Notes: generated by a model from the sequence alone, not told the origin. A DNA stretch of 64,000 nt from Mobula hypostoma (GCF_963921235.1 NC_086097.1:246824001-246888000); one strand, 5' to 3'; shown: positions 50,309 through 64,000, numbered from the stretch's first letter. Program-made: numbers and translations.

Positions 50309-51018
50309 ATGCAATAATCAGCATTAGAAAAACATTAACATACAAAAGAACAAGTTTAAATAAAATAAAAAACTAAATGGGTTCTTCACAATTGAGAGGA
50401 GAAATAATAGGGAATAGAAGTGAACGGACAAGTAAACAAATACTGTACTTATAAAAGCCAAGGAAAAAGATCAAATTACAATAAAACTGAAAATAAGAAA
50501 ATTAATAAAATTAATTTGTTTTGGTAAAGCAAGTGTCTTGGGGAATTACAGTAGAAGGCCAAAATATCTGTCACTGCAGTGATCTACATTTTAAGGTTTT
50601 TAAGAGGATGCATTGGTTTTGATTGTCCAGAAATGTGCTGGCTATAAAATTGTCCCTAGATGTTGGAAAGGAGAGAAAGAAAATCTAGGACAACAGCCTG
50701 GTAGATTGCACATTAGTGAAAGGACCTGTATGTGGCATCAGGAAAGTTAGAGAATTACCTGACAATTTTGGCAAGCTTCTTGAAAGATGCAAATATTCAC
50801 AGGGACAATAAATGAACCACAAAGTTAATATGGAGGTACAGAGAATATGGAGATAATGCAGGAAGTTCAAGTTGAAGTGTCTCATTTGCATTTCATTATA
50901 ATGTAGCAAATTTGAAAAATTGGCCTAATTTTACTCCTATTTCTCCTACCTGCTACAGAGTTCACGTGAGCATTAAAATTATGATCAATTTTTACAGTAT
51001 TGAAGATCTTTCCTAATA

Positions 51019-51620
51019 CAGGTATGCGTCGCTTAACATCCACGATATGTTCTGTGAAATCGGACGTTATGTGATTTGGACGTTGTGCGAACACCATGTT
51101 ATATACTTCGCAAACCTATATGGAGTACTGTAGTGTACCTGTATTGACTAAATCCATGTCATTAGCAATTTCTCCATATCAGATATAGGTCCCTCTCGCA
51201 TTTTTGTGAGGCTTGTAGTTTTCAGTAAAGCCGATCCTTTAACAGCTTCGAGAATTTTTTTCTTGGTTTTTCAGGATCGTCGTGATTGTCGAGTGCGACA
51301 TGCCTAAACCCCAAGCAATTACATTCACTAGTTTTCCACCTTCATATTGTTTAATAACCTTTTGTTTCACTTCCAAATCAATACCTTTCCTTTGCTTCTT
51401 GCTGCTGCTATCACTAGGAGTGGTTTAGCTACGTTTGGAAGCCATGATGCACTTTACGATAATATTTTCGAAAGAAAATTAAACAGATAACGCTACTACA
51501 CTCAAGAGACGCGCGATACACAAGACTGGTTACGTCCGCTACGTCACGTTCTCCGATTGGGACTACAGACATATATGCGATTGGACGTTGTCCGAATGGA
51601 CGTTAAGCGGCGCACACCTG
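51019..51620 (-). mobile_element. Internally deleted Tigger (pogo) transposon, Tigger3/Golem-like, 602 bp
   Basis: 24-bp TIRs CAGGT(A/G)TGCG(T/C)CGCTTAAC(A/G)TCCA; TA on both sides; N-terminal HTH transposase remnant at 51445-51151 with one stop and one frameshift. Confidence 0.9.
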
Positions 51621-51761
51621 TAATTGGTAATATTCAGAAGCAATAATGGGTAGTTGAAGTTAACAAACACTTCATCCATAGTTTAATTGAGTGGGTGGAA
51701 ACATGCTTTGTTCAGGAGGCTCATTAAAATCAATATGAAATATTGTTAAAATGCTACATAC

Positions 51762-51818
51762 CTTTCTTCTGAATTGTAAAGTCGAGCGAGCCCAAAATCA
51801 GCAAGTTTTATCTGTCCC
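51762..51818 (-). CDS. CDK13: CDK13 exon 7 (57 bp): GQIKLADFGLARLYNSEES
   Basis: CCAG acceptor, GTATGT donor, DFG motif. Not in the ORF track; read by hand. Confidence 0.96.
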
Positions 51819-52629
51819 CTGGTGACAAAGAAAATTCCATTATTCCATTCAAAACCTTCATCTCTCTCGTTACTAACAAAATGTGAATTTAAAAATAGGT
51901 AATTTATGTAATAAGTGTTACACTACATGAAGTACACTAAAGTTAGAAAAAACAACAAAACCTAATGCTCTCAATACTTGCAACTGCATCTAAAATGGCA
52001 GGATCATAAATTCATTAAGTCCCAGAGATCAAGAATGTGGGTTTGATGTTGTATTTTAAAAATGTACTTAACAAAGTATCAGCAAACTCACATCATGATC
52101 TCCAAAATGAGAGCCTGGCACAAATCACTATGATCGAAAAATTATTACAAATAAACTACATTTCCAGTATTAAATAAACTGAGAACAACATCCTTCTATT
52201 TCTGAACCTTTATCCTGCTTCTCAAGTAAACTTCTGATACATCTGTCCTTCATTTCCTCATAAGGGATGGCGTCTCTGCAAAAGTGCTGGTAAGGAATTC
52301 TGCACAACTGATGGATAATTTCAAGGATTTTACTTTTTTATCCAACTGCCATTCCAATAAAATTTAACACTGATACTCAGGGCTGCATAACCTATGAATT
52401 ATAAACTTAGTATTTGCACAATCTTTCCCCAGATATACACAAAGGACAATAACCAAGACATTAGCATTAGACTGTTGCTTGATGTGAACATCTCTAGCAC
52501 TTTCTGCTTTGTGAAGGCATTCCAACACACAAATATTTTATCTTTCACATGATCTGAATATTCAGATAATTATATTCCATTAACTCTGGAAATCTATTTC
52601 AAGTAATTTGGTTCAAGTTCATTGTCATT

Positions 52630-52945
52630 CAATCATACACATGTATGCTTCCATTTTATACTGCTCAAGCTCTCAGGTCTTCTTTCGCTGATCTCTTAAA
52701 TTTAAACAATCTCCCTCAAAAAGAAAATTGGAGGTCAAATTTTTTTTTTAAACTACACTCCTAAATTGTGGAACTCAATACGTAAAACTATAAGGGATGC
52801 AGACTCAATTAACACTTAAATGTCATTTATTTAACCTTGCTTTTAACTAACATCATTTGTCTTTTCTTTTCCTGTTTGCACTTTTCCCAATTGTACAGCA
52901 CTTTGAACTACATTGTATGAAAAGAAATCTATAAATAAATTAATA
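52630..52945 (+). mobile_element. L2 3' end, old
   Basis: PKLWNS..IRDADS..HLFNLAF; GTACAGCACTTTGAAC..TATAAATAAA. Confidence 0.6.
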
Positions 52946-54010
52946 CACAGCTAAAGGAAACAATGTTCCTCAGGGACCTAGGTGCAAAACATAGTACATG
53001 TATGGCATACAGTGATATTAACACAATAATATTTACAGATATAAAAAATATTCAGAAAAGTTGACATAAAGTACAATATACGACACAGTTAAATATACAA
53101 CCGTATAATGCAGCTGGCACTGTCATAAATAATGTGTACTTGGTGGAAGTAGGATGTTCAGAAATCTCATAGCCTGTGGGAAGAAGCTGTTACCCAAACT
53201 CACTGTCTTTGTTATGAAACTGCGGGACCTTCTGCCTGCCGCTATGAGGTCAAAAAGATTGTGGGATGGATGGGAGGGGTTCTTGGCAATGTTGAGGGCT
53301 CTGCGAACTCAGCACTTCTGGTGCACGCCCTGGATTGTGGGTGGGGCTGGGGGTAAAGAGAGACATCAATGATTCTCCCAGCCTGCGGCAATCTTGCAGT
53401 CAGGTACCTTGTAATTTCCATACAGCTGGACTAAACACTCAGTGATGTTCCTGGTTTGAATGGGGTGGGGACCCTCACTCACCTCAGGAAGTGGAGGTGC
53501 TGCTGTGCTTTTTTTGACTAAAGACTTGGTGTTGAGGGACCAGGTGAGATCATGATGCACACTCCAAGAAACTTGATACTCCTAACTCTCTCCATAGAGG
53601 AGCTGTGCACATGCAGTGGAGCGGTCAGCCTACATCTTTCTGAAGTCCACAATTCCCTCTTTAAACTTGTCCATATTGAGACAAGTTGCTACGTTCGCAC
53701 CAATTCACAAGCTGCACTGCTCTACCCCCATGCAAACTCTTCATTGTTGCTGATGACACCAACAACTGTAGTCTCATCAGAGAACTTTTAGCTGGATCTG
53801 GCAGTACAGCAGGCTGAGCATGCAGACCTGGGGGAGCGCTAGTGCTTAGCGTGATGGAGCTTGAGATGTTGTTGCAAACGTGTCTTAAGGTCTCCATGTC
53901 AAGAAGTCCAAGATCCAGTAACAGAGGGAGGTGTTGAGACAAGGACAGTTTACCCACCAGCTTCTGAAGATCGCATTGAATGCTGAACTGAAGTCGATGA
54001 ACAGCATTCA
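52945..54010 (-). mobile_element. Rex1/Babar-type LINE 3' part, decayed
   Basis: HDLTWSLNTKSLVKK, KFSDETTVVG-like and DFSSAFNAI remnants. Confidence 0.7.
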
Positions 54011-54549
54011 GTGAGTGGAGTGAATGTACAGTGCTTTAAGCACTCTCATAACAAGTCAACATTCCAAAATTCAATTTCAAACATACATACGTTATCAATT
54101 TTTTCTCCTCTCGGAAACATGCCTATCACTTACATAATGCCAAATTCAAGTTAAATTTAAAATGGGGAATACTCTTGGCGAATTCAACCATGAGATAGAT
54201 CACAGTTGATTCTTTAATGCATATTTTCCCCGGGAAAAGGTATGAGTCAACAATTGAGATAACTTCCCCTTATTAAAAATCCATTTGATACCTGCCCAAT
54301 TGTAAAATTCCTAGTCAAACCATGTGTTTATATAATGGACAAAAATAATCTGCCTTTTGAATGACATTTTTATACATGTGATTAAATAAGATGGGAACTT
54401 AAGCACTTTGGAAAATTTTACTACATTATTCCTTATCCCAGCCATTATGCCACAGGATTAGTAATTCAAAACATACAAATTTACTTGGAATCAATTTAAA
54501 CAATTCAGAAGTAATAAATTAAGTATCAGTAACTGCTATTTAAGCTGCT

Positions 54550-56760
54550 CAAAGTAAATTTATTATCAAAGTACGTCACCATATACAACCCGAGTTTCAT
54601 TTTCTTTCAGGCATTCACAGTAGAACAAAGAAATAGTATAGAATCAATGAAAAACTACACACAAAGACTGAAACAACCATTGTGCACCAAAGCTAAACTG
54701 CAAATACAGAAAGAAACAAGTAGCAAGTAAATAAGTAATACAGAGAACACAAGTTTTAGAGTTCATAGATCTTGGATTCAGTTCAGTGTTGAGGTGAGTG
54801 AAGTTATCCACACCAGCTCAGGAACCTGATGATTGAAAGAAAATAACTGTTTCTTAATCTGGTGGTGTGGGATCCAAGGCTCGTGTACCTCCTTCCAATG
54901 GGAGCAGTGAGAAGAGCACATGGCCTGGATGAGGGGGGGAGGGTCCTTGATGATGGATGCTGCTTTCTTGTGGCAGTGTTCCTTGTAAATGTGCCAAATA
55001 GTTGGGGGAGTTTTTTCCTCTGATGGACTAGAGTGTATCCACCACTTTTTGGAGGCTTTTTCCATTTTGGGGCATTGGTGTTTCCATTATGCAATCAGCC
55101 AGAATACTCTGCTGGGCATCTGTAGAAGGTAGTCAAAATTTTACGTGACACGCCAAATCTACACAAACTTTTAAGAAAGTAGAGGCACTGCTGTGTCCCC
55201 TTTGTGATGGCACTAATGTGCTGGTCCCAGGACAAATTCTCTGAAGTGATAACGCCAAGGAATTTAAAGCTACTGACCCTCTCCCACCTCTGGTCCCCTA
55301 ATGTCCCCAGGTTTCTTCCTCCTGTAGTCAATAATCAGTCCTTTGGGTTCGTTGACGAGTGAAAGTTGTTGTAGCACCACCCAACCAGATTTTCCAGTCT
55401 CCCTTCTTTATGCTGATTTGTCACTACCTTTGATTCGGCTAACAGCAAATTTAAATATGGCATTGGAGCTGTACTTAGCCTCACAGTCATAATAATAAAG
55501 TGAGTAGAGAAGGGGGCTACCTCCCAAAGCACTTTATCACAGTGGTTTTAAGTGCTACTGGATGACAGTCATTGAGGTAGGTCACAACATTCTGAAGACT
55601 GCTGATGTGAGAGGTTAAAGATGTCATTAAACTCTGCGGGTGTGGCGTGTGGTTAGGGCGTTGGACTAGCTACCTGAAGCTCATGGGTTCAAGCCTCAGA
55701 CGAAGCAGCGTGTGGTCTTTGAGCAAGGCACCTAACTACACAATGCTCCAGTTTGCCCAGCTGAAAGTGGGTACCAGCAAAAATGCTGGGGGTTAACCTT
55801 GCGATAGACTGGCGTCCTATCCGGGGGGAGTCTCGTACTCCCAGTTGCTTCACGCCACGGAAACCAGCATAAGCACCGGCCTGATGGGCCACAAGGCTCG
55901 TGACGGACTTTCATCTTTAAAACTCTGCAGCCCGTTGATCAGCTAGGTACTCTATCCGGGCTGGATGCTTTCCATGGGCTCACCTTCCCGAAGGATGCTC
56001 TCACGTTGGCCTCAGATTGAAATCACATGTGTCGTCAGGGACTGTGGGAGTTTGTGAAGGTGCCTCCATGTTCTTTTGGTCAAAGCAACATAAAAGGCAG
56101 TGAGCTCATCTGGGAACGAAACCTCATTATCACATTTGTAGCTTGGTTTTGCTTTGTAGAAAGGGATAATACTCAAGCCCTGCCACAGCTGTCCAGCATC
56201 TTTCTGTGATTCTAGCAGAATTGCCATTTCATATGTGAGATAGCTTTCCAGAGGTCATACTTGGATCTCGTGTACTTTCCTTGGTCACCAGACCTGAACG
56301 CTACCAATCTATTCCTCAGAAGATTGTCGATCTCTTGGTTCATCCACGACTTCTGGTTAGGGAAGACTCTGAATGATTTTGCAGGGACGCACTTGTCCGC
56401 AAGTGTCTTCACAGAGTCTGTGACAACCGTGGCATATTCATTCAGATCCTCTGATAAGACCTTGAACACAGCCCAGTTCACTGACTTGAAGCAATCCTGT
56501 GGTCACTCCACTGTCTTTCATGAGCACCTCTTAGCTGTCCTTACCTCTGGTGCCTTACTCTTTAACCTCTGCCTGTGTGCAGAGAGTAGGAGGTCAGCCA
56601 GATGATCAGATTTCCTGAAACGTGATCTAGGGATGGAACGACAGGCATTCTTGGTGACAGTGTAGCAGTGGTTGAGTGTATTGGGTCCACTGGTGCTGCA
56701 GGTGACGTGTTGATAGTAATTGGGCAGACATTTCTTCAAGCTAGCCTGACTGCAGTCTTG
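54550..56760 (-). mobile_element. Rex1/Babar-type LINE, deleted and decayed, carrying a SINE
   Basis: LPNYYQHVTCSTSGPNTLNHCY..KSDHL; DLNEYATVVTD..FPNQKSWMNQEI; VSSFKFLGV..NLSWDQH. Confidence 0.82.
55638..55919 (+). mobile_element. tRNA-derived SINE (282 bp), distinct from the V-SINEs
   Basis: Box A TGGCGTGTGGTT and box B GGTTCAAGCC; core GTCTTTGAGCAAGGCACCTAAC..GTGGGTACC; 9-bp TSD AAACTCTGC at 55629-55637 and 55920-55928. Confidence 0.85.
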
Positions 56761-58619
56761 GGTAAGGATGTGAAAAGCGTCGGGGTAGGCACTTACATTG
56801 CCAAAAGCTTTAATGTACTTCCAGGAAGGAAACCTGGCGTCTTTTACCAGCCAGGCTTACATGCAATTATAATTCTACAAAAATGCAATATACGCTAAAT
56901 GAACAAGCCACCCAAAATATTAATCGGTTAGGTCATGACCACTCAAGGTTTAATTTTTAGAAGTGTCAGTCATTTACATGACCCATACTTTTACTTCCCT
57001 GTATGGGGTTAATTTAAAGTGAGATTGAATTCTAAGCAACAAAAAAATCAAGCATTCCAAATTGAATCACAATAAGGATAAATCACAATTTAAATGCAAG
57101 TTAAATGATGTACATCTCAACATTGGGTAGGAAACTAGATTAAAACATCAATAATGAATTCTAAATTACAAAGAGAAAGGCAAGGTTAACACCAGCTACA
57201 AGAATCTTTGATTAAAAGGACAGACAAGAGAGGGAACTGGAGCAACACTAACAAGAAATCTCAGCATGAAATAACTGCAGAAATTGACTTTAAAACATTG
57301 AAGTTGGATAAATGAGGGAAAACTCAAATATCCAAATACAATTACTCCCTAAATAAGACAATACATTATATGCAGGTCTTCATTAAGGTAGAAGGAGACA
57401 ATCAAAATTGTACTTAATCGAAAGCAAGTGAGTGTCCAAATTCATAGAGCAGAAAGATAAATCACCAAACTATACCCTTGCACAAGTTCAAAATACTGGA
57501 GGATCACCTGCACAGTAAGCTTGTAAACTTAAGCTATGATGGTTTCAGAAAGTTAATACTGCCTACTAATCCCCTTTTAAGGGAATTCTGTGTGGACCGT
57601 ACAAAGCCTGATGTTGTGTAATAGTTTTCAGGAACGTGGATCTTAAAGGACAGATGGAGCTCAACTTAAAACCTAGGAATGATAAGATAATGGCTGATTG
57701 AAAAATCAAAGCGATACTTGTTAAATAAGTGATACAGATACAGGTATCAAGTGGGGTTTCTCACAAGGTGATGCCAAGTTGTTTCTAATTTGGGTCAATC
57801 ACCCAGATTGAGGAAATTAAATACAATTTAGGAATCAATCCGGGGAGAGGGGAGGGCAAGGATGAACATTAAGGAATAACAAATTATATATCACACCAGC
57901 TGAGAAATATTGTCCCATTCTTGTTCGTAGAATACACATGTAGGTAAAAACAAATAGATGCAGTGAAGACTCCAAAAGTCCTAAACTATGTTATGGGATC
58001 CAGGAATTACAAAGAGTAACACATACAAAATCCTGGAGGAACTTGGCAGGTCAGGAAGCATCTATGGAAAGAAATAAATTGATGTCCATGCCATCAGATT
58101 GGAGATTACCCAAACAGAATATGAGGTATTGTTCCTCCAACATGAGAGAGGCTTTTATTCCAGGAATTATAAAAATAGATTAATGTAATTTTTAAAAGTT
58201 TCTGGAATGCATCTAAATGTAACAGCTTCTGGACTGCTATAATTTGTACACTAACAATCTCATTGAAATTAACAGGATCTGGGATCTCTACAAATGAGTG
58301 GAATTCAGAAGGGCAAAGTGATGCATCCAAAACTGGTCAGTTGCGGGCCTTCAGACTTTGTAGTACATACGAAGTCCAGAACTGAATATTGAATAACAGC
58401 CATTACCTTCCTGTACCTGAAGTATTGAAGTACAATAAGCAGTACTTTAAGGATCAACTTTATTCGCCATATACATTTACATGTATTAGGAATTTGCTAT
58501 GGTGTGTTAGCGCAACATACAACAAAACATTTAACAATCATAAAGAATCATATAACATTAAGAGCACAAAGGGCTCAAAACTGATTCTCCAAATTTGTTG
58601 TTAATATACAAACATATCA

Positions 58620-58865
<246 letters not shown>

Positions 58866-59189
58866 TCAAATAGAATATATTGTAAAGTAGCATGGCCAGA
58901 TTTACTATCAAGTAATAAGAAATTGTTGAATGCTGTCAAAGAGGAACTAAGCTCATTTCCATCTTGGAAAAATGGATATTATGTGCTTTACATTCAAGAA
59001 CATGGAAATTATGTTAGAGACCAAAAATATCATCCTGTGAATGCAAGGAACTTGATTGAGATAAATACTTCAAAAGAGATTAGCTTTTCATTTGTCACAT
59101 GTGCATTGGAAGATAAAGTGAAATGTGTCACTTGCATTAAGGATGTGCTGGGGCAGTCCACAAGTGTTGCCATGCTTTTGGTGTCAAGA

Positions 59190-59350
59190 TAGTGAACCCT
59201 AACTCACTAACCCTACCCCATATGTCTTTGGAATGTGGGAGGAAAATGCAGGAAACACACATGGTCATGGGGAGAATGTGCAAATTCCTTACAGACAGTG
59301 GCATGAATTGAACTCTGATCACTGGAACAGTAAAGCATTACACTAACCTC
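59190..59350 (-). mobile_element. HE1/V-SINE-like fragment
   Basis: GTCTTTGGAATGTGGGAGGAAA..CATGGTCATGGGGAGAATGTGCAAA. Confidence 0.65.
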
Positions 59351-60844
59351 AGTCATTACAGATGATGTTCCCAATGTCACAATTTAAAAAGTTTGCAGAC
59401 AAATTGAAGAGAATGAAAACAGATATTGGGTTACATGTAAGATAATATAGACATGACTTCTACACAATAGAGGAAGAAAGGGAGGAAATTGAATTAGTTC
59501 CGGCTATCTTTCCAGTCTTCCTTTGGAGCAAGAGAGCAAATTAAAACATTCCAAATGTTACATCTCCCACAAAGTGGGACAGATAAATTCAACTACCAGT
59601 TGACCTGACATGGGAAATCTGAGTGGTATTAATCATGACAAAAATTAACTGGTATTTCAGAAAATACTGAAGACTTGAACAAATGCCCTGCAGACAAGTT
59701 TCCGATAACGTGATGGAGAGTGCTGATTGCAATTGATGTTATGCAAAACAATTTCAAAAGGAATGTTAAAAATACCAATCAAATTGTCTGCAAAACTGAA
59801 GCCCTTAGGAATAACAACTTTATTACAATAAGGACTCCAAAGTAACAAGACTCAGTCACAACTGAAAAACTATCTTTCCAGATAGGAGGGACAATATGGT
59901 GTGTCCTTGAGATTCACTTTTGGGACCAAAATGGACATATTTAAACTTGTAGAGCACATGTAATGCAAAATTGGAAGCATTATAAATCAATCAATCATTA
60001 GGGAAGCACAGACTTTGAAATGAGCAGGCACTTGACAAAATATAGAGTTGTGATACATTAGTTAGGAATAAAGAAACATTATTCTAAATGTATTGCTGAA
60101 TAGTGTCTAAATGACTAGTGCATACAGTACCAGCTGATTAAGCAGACAAGTCTTTCAAGATGTCAGTAATTTTATGAAAAGTACAACATCTAGGAATTTA
60201 AATTAACTGCAGTTTGTGGGTTGCCTTCAGTTCTGGATTCATTTTGGAAAGATGCCAAGGCCATGGCTGGGAATGGTCAATATTTACTGAATGTTATTCC
60301 AGCTGGAAGTTACAACAAGGAAGTAGGAAAACATTTTTTGAGAGCAGAATTGGTCAAGGGGGTAACAGTTAGAGGAGGTAAAGCAAGAAACATCCTGAAA
60401 CCAACAAATAATTGGGTTGTTCTAGCAACATGAGTCAGCAAAAGGAAATGATGATTTAAAATAACTGGCAAACCGGGGGGAAAAAACATGAGTAATGAGC
60501 GCTTGATCTGGAATCCATTTCTGACAGGATTGCAGAAGTAGATTTAACAGTATGAACAGGGAACTGGATAAATTCTTGATATGGAAAAAATCAAGAGAAT
60601 TCTAAGACTACGCATAATATAATCTTCGGCATTTATTTTAATTTAAGATCTTCCAGGGACTGCATCTAAGGTTTCCATGCTATGGCTTAAAACCAAGATT
60701 GAAGCATGCACATTCAAAATTCATTAGTCACAGCCAGCATTCTGTACAACTTGCATTAGTCAAATGTATAGTCAAACCCATTCAATCTGTTACAACAAAT
60801 CTAAATTATGGAGAGTCTAAATAACCACTTTGAAAATAATTCTA

Positions 60845-61225
<381 letters not shown>

Positions 61226-61491
61226 TTAATCAAATAGATTATAAAATTTTAAAAATTTAAACATTTCAAAGTACTGACAATCAATACTTAAGTCTAACAA
61301 AATAACTCTAAACAGTTAGGTGCCGTTTCTTTTTCCAAGTCTTGGCAATCTTTCAAATGTACCATTCTGCTGTCGCGCTCAGCAATGAGCCCAACGGCAG
61401 AGCACTAGGTGGGATCTATTATCCAGCTCATCTTGGACTTCCATAATCTTGCCAAGCATGAGCAGAAGCCTCATGTAGAATTGTTCACAAT

Positions 61492-64000
61492 CTTTTCATT
61501 TTAAATCTTTTTATTGAATAAGTATACAAAAAGGTAAGCCATATAGGCACTAATACACTGTTAGAATATAATAAAATTACAGGAGATATTAATACAAAAA
61601 AAATGATACAAACAATGTAATTTAAACATAACATACTAAGGTAACATAATAGTATACTAATTTTTATATTTATATATATATCAATAGAGAAAAAGAAAAA
61701 AAAAACCCCCCCAAAAAAAACCACCGTGCAACTAACTAAAAGCAAAGCAAAGCAATGGGCTAACTTGGAACCAAGCAGAGTTAAAAAAACTTAAAATCAC
61801 GTCCTCAATCCCGACCTCCATTAAAAACAGTAAAAAAAAACAAGAAGGGTATATAAATATGGAGCAAAAAAAAGGAGAAAAAAAATTACATTAAATGAAA
61901 ATATTGAATAAAAGATCTCCAGGTCTGTTCAAATTTAAGTGAGGAATCATAAAGATTGCTTCTAATTTTCTCCAAATTCAAGCATAATATCGTCTGAGAA
62001 AACCAAAAAAAGGTAGTTGGAGCATTAAGCTCTTTCCAATGTTGTAAGATACATCTTTTCACCATTAAAGAAAGAAATGCAATCATTCTACGGGCTGAAG
62101 GAGAAAGGTTACTGGAAATTTTAGGTAGTCCAAAGATAGCAGTAATAGGGTGAGGAGAGATATCTATATTCAATACCTTGGAGATAATATTAAAAATGTC
62201 TCTCCAAAAAGTTTCCAGAGTAGGACAAGACCAAAACATATGAGTTAAAGAGGCTATCTGCCCCAGACATCTATCACAAAAAGGATTAATATGAGAATAA
62301 AAGTGAGCTAATTTATCTTTGGACATATGTGCTCTATGAACAACTTTAAATTGAATTAGGGAATATTTAGCACAGATAGAGGAAGTATTGACTAATTGTA
62401 AAATCTGCCCCCAGTCATCCACGGAAATGATAGACCCCAATTCCTGTTCCCAATCTACCCTATTCTTATCAAATAGAGCTTTCCTAAGTTTCATAATAAT
62501 ATTATAAATCATAGCCGATGCACCTTTCTGACATGGATTAAGGTTAATTATCGAATCTAAAATATATGTAGGAGGAAGCATTGGAAAGGAAGAAAGTATA
62601 GTACTTAGGAAATTTCTAACTTGTAGATATCTAAAAAAAATGTATTCTTGATAAATTATATTTATTAGATAATTGTTCAAAAGACATAAGGGAACCATCT
62701 AAAAATAAATTCAAAAACCGTGAAATACCCTTAGTCTTCCAAATTTGAAAAGCATGATCCGTAAAAGAGGGAGGAAAAAATATATTACCTAAAATAGGAA
62801 TCGCTAGCCCAAATTGGTTAAGATCAAAAAATTTTCTGAATTGAAACCAAATACGTAAGGTATATTTAGCTATCGGGTTAGATACCTGTTTGAGGCGTTT
62901 CAAATCAAAAGGAAGAGAGGAACCTAAAATAGAGCCAAGTGTATAGCCCTGAACAGATTGTAATTCCAATGCTACCCATTTAGGAATAGATAGTATATCC
63001 TGGTCAAGTAACTAAAATTTCATATGTCAAATATTAATTGCCCAATAATAGAATCTAAAGTTAGGTAATGCTAAGCCTCCATCTCTCTTAGCTTTCTGTA
63101 AATGTATTTTACCCAGCCTCGGGTTTTTATTTTGCCAAATAAATGAAGAAATTTTTGAGTCAACTTTATCAAAGATTTTGGGACAAAGATTGGTAATGCC
63201 TGAAATATATATAGAAATTTTGGCAAAAAAAACATCTTAACTGCATTAATACGACCAATCAAAGTTAAATATAAAGGAAACCATTTAGATGAAAGTTGAA
63301 TAATATGGTCAATTAAGGGTAAAAAGTTAATCTTAAATAAATCTTTGTATTTACAAGTAATTTTAATCCCAAGATATGAAAAATAATTATTAATCAATTT
63401 AAACAGAAAGTTATGATATAAGGGAAGTTGTTTATTAATCAGGAAAAGTTCACTCTTACTAAGATTTAATTTATAACCTGAAAAGAGACTAAATTGTGCT
63501 AATAACTCTAAACAGCAGGGATGGATTTTGGAGGATTAGAAATATATAAAAGTAAGTCATCAGCATAGAGTGATATTTTATGGGACTTTAAGCCCCGTGT
63601 TATCCCAGTAATATTTGGAGATTCTCGAATGGCAATTGCAAGAGGTTCTAATGCAATATCAAATAATAAAGGACTAAGAGGACAACCTTGTCGAGTACCT
63701 CGAAAAAGAGGGAAAAAAGGTGAGCTTAGAGAGTTAGTACGGACCGAGGCCACAGGAGAACGGTTTGATCCAGGATATAAATTTCGAGCTAAAATTAAAC
63801 ATTTCAAGCACCTTAAATAAGTAAGGTCATTCTACTCTATCAAAAGCTTTCTCAGCATCTAAAGAGATAACACATTCAGGAACATTTTGTGAGGGGGTAT
63901 AAACAATATTTAACAGTGTGCGAATGTTATAAAAAGAGTAACGACCTTTAATAAAACCCGTTTGGTCTTCCGAAATAATAAAAGGAAGTACTTTTTCTAA
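61492..64000 (-). mobile_element. L1-clade LINE ORF2 (RT + C-terminal CCHC) with 3'UTR; runs off the window end; frameshifted
   Basis: SLDAEKAFDRVE, RGTRQGCPLSPLLF, ISLYADDLLLY, LTLIGRINAVKM..LPKF, CDRC..THMFWSC; AATAAA at 61510-61515 with an A-rich tail. Confidence 0.93.

Noticed and set aside
55638..55710. tRNA gene
   Set aside because: Box A/B belong to a SINE head; no acceptor stem, and it continues into SINE body with a TSD.
61355..61475. Confident H/ACA snoRNA or scaRNA call
   Set aside because: No proper pseudouridylation pockets 14-16 nt from the H or ACA box and no recognised family; kept only as a tentative finding.

Overview
Vertebrate genomic DNA. The repeat content (CR1, Penelope-like, Rex1/Babar, HE1/V-SINE) points to a cartilaginous fish, probably a ray; this is an inference. 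The whole window lies inside one minus-strand gene, CDK13. Nine coding exons (human-numbered exons 5-13; 171, 190, 57, 102, 78, 117, 132, 200 and 453 bp; 1500 nt total) can be placed with GT-AG sites and compatible phases. They encode most of the PITAIRE kinase domain, the DCHEL/polybasic extension and part of the C-terminal region. Exons 1-4 and 14 lie outside the window. The introns are packed with nested transposable elements: CR1 fragments, a near full-length Rex1/Babar LINE, Penelope-like elements plus short fold-back derivatives carrying minimal hammerhead motifs, L1 and L2 fragments, SINEs, an IR/DR Tc1 transposon, Tigger derivatives, a hAT MITE and a solo LTR. No prokaryotic-type system and no clearly new protein-coding system is visible. 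The best leads are the hammerhead-bearing mini-elements, a Tigger3/Golem-like element, a sense-oriented LTR poly(A) site and a positionally conserved alternative acceptor in exon 13. Most TE boundaries are approximate, and family names and comparisons to human sequences come from recalled motifs, not database searches.
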